From NCBI GenBank assembly GCA_048013815.1, contig CM106586.1, positions 5,704,001-5,768,000 on the forward strand: 64,000 nucleotides of DNA. The letters run 5' to 3'. The notes under the pieces were generated by a model. It searched no databases and was not told where the DNA came from. It saw only the letters and a program-made list of their open reading frames with translations. The position numbers and the translations under genes are program-made. The first letter of the stretch is position 1, and every line of letters starts with the position of its first letter. The DNA comes from Setoptus koraiensis. Its lineage: Eukaryota; Animalia; Arthropoda. This document shows positions 60,953 through 64,000 of this stretch, in pieces.

Positions 60953-61506
60953 AAAGAGCTCTCATATATTCATTCATGGATTATGCAAAATTGCTGTCTG
61001 TGTTCAATGTTCAAGTGCAATGCAAATACACATACTTGTAATTCATTTGCAGTCTATAGTAAACATAATTATAAAAACATGAATACTGATGCTGGCTGAC
61101 AATAGACAGTGGGCTTGATTTTCAGGCGAATCAGACAACGAACGAAATCGATCGCATGTCTAAGGTATGAGAACTTGAAAGAAAGAAAGAGAGAAAAAAT
61201 TATGCAGTTGCCTCTGTCTAGAACTTTTCATGTCCTCGCTCACCGCACGCAATTGAAGTGAAAATTGTTACAAAATTCATTTGTGTTCTTGAAAAAGGGC
61301 CGAGCTGACGTCAAATACAATAATCTATTTTTTCGGACCATTGTTTTTGTCAACCATTATCACATCGAGCGCAAAATTCAATCCTTTCTTCTATACGCGT
61401 AATTAGTTCTGAGGTGATTGATTGTACCCTTTCGACGACACCAACAACATGCTAATCTATCGCAAGCTTGACGGATACTCCGACTCTTGAGCGAAAATTA
61501 TTTCAG

Positions 61507-63581
61507 CGATTTGTACGACATCCAGAGATAAATCCGAAGCATCATTGTATTACAGAAATGGCTATTTTAGAGTGGCTCAGTAGCTTGTATTCCATGTCGG
61601 ACGCTAGGATATGCGCAATCCTACTAAAAATTTCCGCCTTCTTCAATTGTCAGTACGATTTCTCACCCTTTCAAGACGACAATAGACGGCTATCGAGGCT
61701 CGAAAAATGCGATAGGAATGAGGAGCGATGGCCTGGTGTCGATTATTCAAGATCATCCAGCAACGTCAATCATGCTAAGCAGGATAGTATGGTCGTAGAT
61801 TCCAAAAAACTCCGATATTTGTATTTTATTAAATTATCAACCGAACTTTTTGCAATATTTTATGCGACAGTTCTTTTATCTCTACACTATTACATGCAAT
61901 ATGAAAACATTGACTCTATTCAAGACATGCACAAGAGCAAACACGATAACAATTATTTGAATCAAACATTAGTCGAAAATCTAAAGAATCGCCGGTACTT
62001 GTGCAAGAAAACAAAAGTTCACGCAGCGGCTTACTTATTCGCCTTGCTTGACCCATTGATATTTCTCGATACATTCAAAATCGGCTTTTATCATTTAGAG
62101 TTGTTCATGATGTCCGTTACGTGCCTACAAAACAGTCTATTGAGGATTAATCGCAACAACGTATTCAAGCGCTTGTCAGAGACTATCAAAATATTAGACA
62201 GCCCATTCGAAGATTTCATCGATGAGTATCTGACTATACTTTTAACGTCCAACATAAAAAATATAGGTAATTCAATTAGTAAACAACAGACCCAAATGGA
62301 ACAATTGAATAATCTGATAGACAGAAGCTATCGCGAAATGTTGGCGCCCAACATTCCGATGAGGCGATACTACCCGATGCTCAATTTAGATAACTCATTT
62401 GATATCTCAGCTGGTGAAATTATCGCTGATCTATCGTGTTCGGGACACCACCACAATCACGTCAATTGTTTCAAGAACCAACCCGAACAAGTTTCCGACA
62501 AATCAACAGAGAATAAAAGCCTGTTCGGTGGACAGGGTTGTCATGGTGTTTTTCAAAAAGCGAAATTGATAGCAGTATTAGTAGCACTTCAATGCACATT
62601 TAATTTTGCAATAATGTGCATATATGTGACTACCTCAGAAAAAAATGACTGTGTGCTCAGTTTGGATGCGGTAGAAGGGACATTATTTTTGGCACTAAGA
62701 TTTTTGGTATTGATTATATACTATATAGGCCCAGCTTTGTCCACGTTAATCAATGGATATTTATTTGTCTTTGTCATAATGTCACTATTTGCTAAAATGC
62801 AATTGTTACAGAAGGTCATGAAACGTTATAGTGACGAAATAAGAGCTGTTGTAAATAACGGGGGACCGAAACTAGGATGTAAGACATATTATCATGACTC
62901 GGTACATGTGAACTTAATCATTACTAATTTGTTAAGAATTAACAATTACCTTTTCTGGAAAACAGAATCATGTAATATGTTCTTGAGAACAGGTCTAACT
63001 TGTTTCTGTCTTTGGATGTTAATTAGTGTGATCGGTGCCTCCATTCACCTGATAAAATATTATTCTGTAATGAACATTTACGAGACGTCAATAAGCCTAG
63101 TATTTGTGAGCTTATATATCTCAACTGTTGCAACTCTTAATATAGCCGCCTCATTAAACAAGAAGGTAGGTTTAGTTTCGTCACAATCAACCAATTAACG
63201 TTCTGATTGAACATGCTAATGTCCTTATATCAATATTTAACATTCTTTCAAAATATTTAATAGATCGAATTGAACTATCACAGGTGGATGAGTTTGTACG
63301 CTGATCTGATTAAAGGAAGAAAGGTAACTTTAAGGGAGAATATCTACAAAAGTCTATCAGTATTCTACGATACAGCACCAACAGTGGGTATAGACACGGT
63401 TAATCGAATCACGAGAGCTAATCTGTTGATTGTAAGTTCCAAGCACCGATCCACTCAAACCAATCTTAAATCAACAATATAGTTTAATGCGAGCAACCGT
63501 CTATTTTCACTAATTGTGCATCTTCAGACGTTGTCGTGGATCTTTACTGGAGTGGCACTGGCATTCAGTTTCAGAGGATAG
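61507..63581 (+). CDS. Gustatory-receptor-like 7TM chemoreceptor, about 610-630 aa
   Basis: Large exon to 63165 (donor gtaggt), then exon 63264-63431 (donor gtaagt) and exon 63528-63581 (TLSWIFTGVALAFSFRG*), all phase 0. Short C-terminal phase-0 exons and the VGI....IT...LL segment are typical of arthropod GRs. The start is either ATG 61558 or a micro-exon MSK at 61156-61164 spliced to 61507. Confidence 0.7.
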
Positions 63582-64000
63582 ATCGCTGATTAGGTTCAAC
63601 AAAAAAGAGAGCTGATAATTGCGAATCTATTTCAAGCGGACGAAACCCCGAGTGACAAGTTTGGAGGTCAGTCGGAAGCATCATCTTTTGTTTGACTCCT
63701 ATCTAAAGTATCAAAATTGTTTGTACAGTAGCTGACAGCAGTTGTTTTTGAGTCTTGTTATTACAAAATCATAAAACATTCGTTAATTTTGCACAGGTTT
63801 AGTAGAAGATACACCACTCAATCAGTTACAGCAATGTTTGCTGAAATACGATAAATCGCGTCCCCTCGATTTAAGAAATCGCTCAAGTCAGAATTCGGAT
63901 AATTGAACGGAGTCAAAATGTTCAAAAGTTATTTTGAAAAGTGTTTCTTTTTATCAAATTGAACAATTGCCAAAGTTACCGGCGTAGTTTCTTGTTCAAA

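Overview
Eukaryotic genomic DNA from an arthropod, most likely a mite (inference from the single-copy ETH-type peptide, the gustatory-receptor intron layout and pervasive intron loss). The window splits into two compartments. The left ~32 kb holds the 3' end of a chitin deacetylase and one neuronal gene, a vesicular glutamate transporter (VGlut). I reconstruct VGlut as 6 exons and 657 aa over 26 kb. Its four large introns are rich in microsatellites, short tandem stutters, the hexamer GGGCCC (about 45 by eye, versus 2 in the right 32 kb) and perfect 13-21 bp hairpins, two sets of which are mutually exclusive. The right ~32 kb is gene-dense, with intronless genes or introns mostly ~95-135 nt. 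It contains an orphan coiled-coil ORF, a GT47-only EXT2-like gene, ELP5, COX5B, a USP4/15-family deubiquitinase, MRPS12 and a secreted Asp-rich orphan. It also contains a mosaic tandem triplet of divergent tetraspanins (third copy frameshifted), an ETH precursor, a 500-N gap, TCERG1, a secreted orphan flanked by NTPDase and ZnT gene remnants, a CUB-like gene split by one in-frame TAA, and a gustatory-receptor-like gene. I found no rRNA, tRNA, CRISPR array or intact transposon. All exon structures, alignments and counts were done by eye and need computational confirmation.
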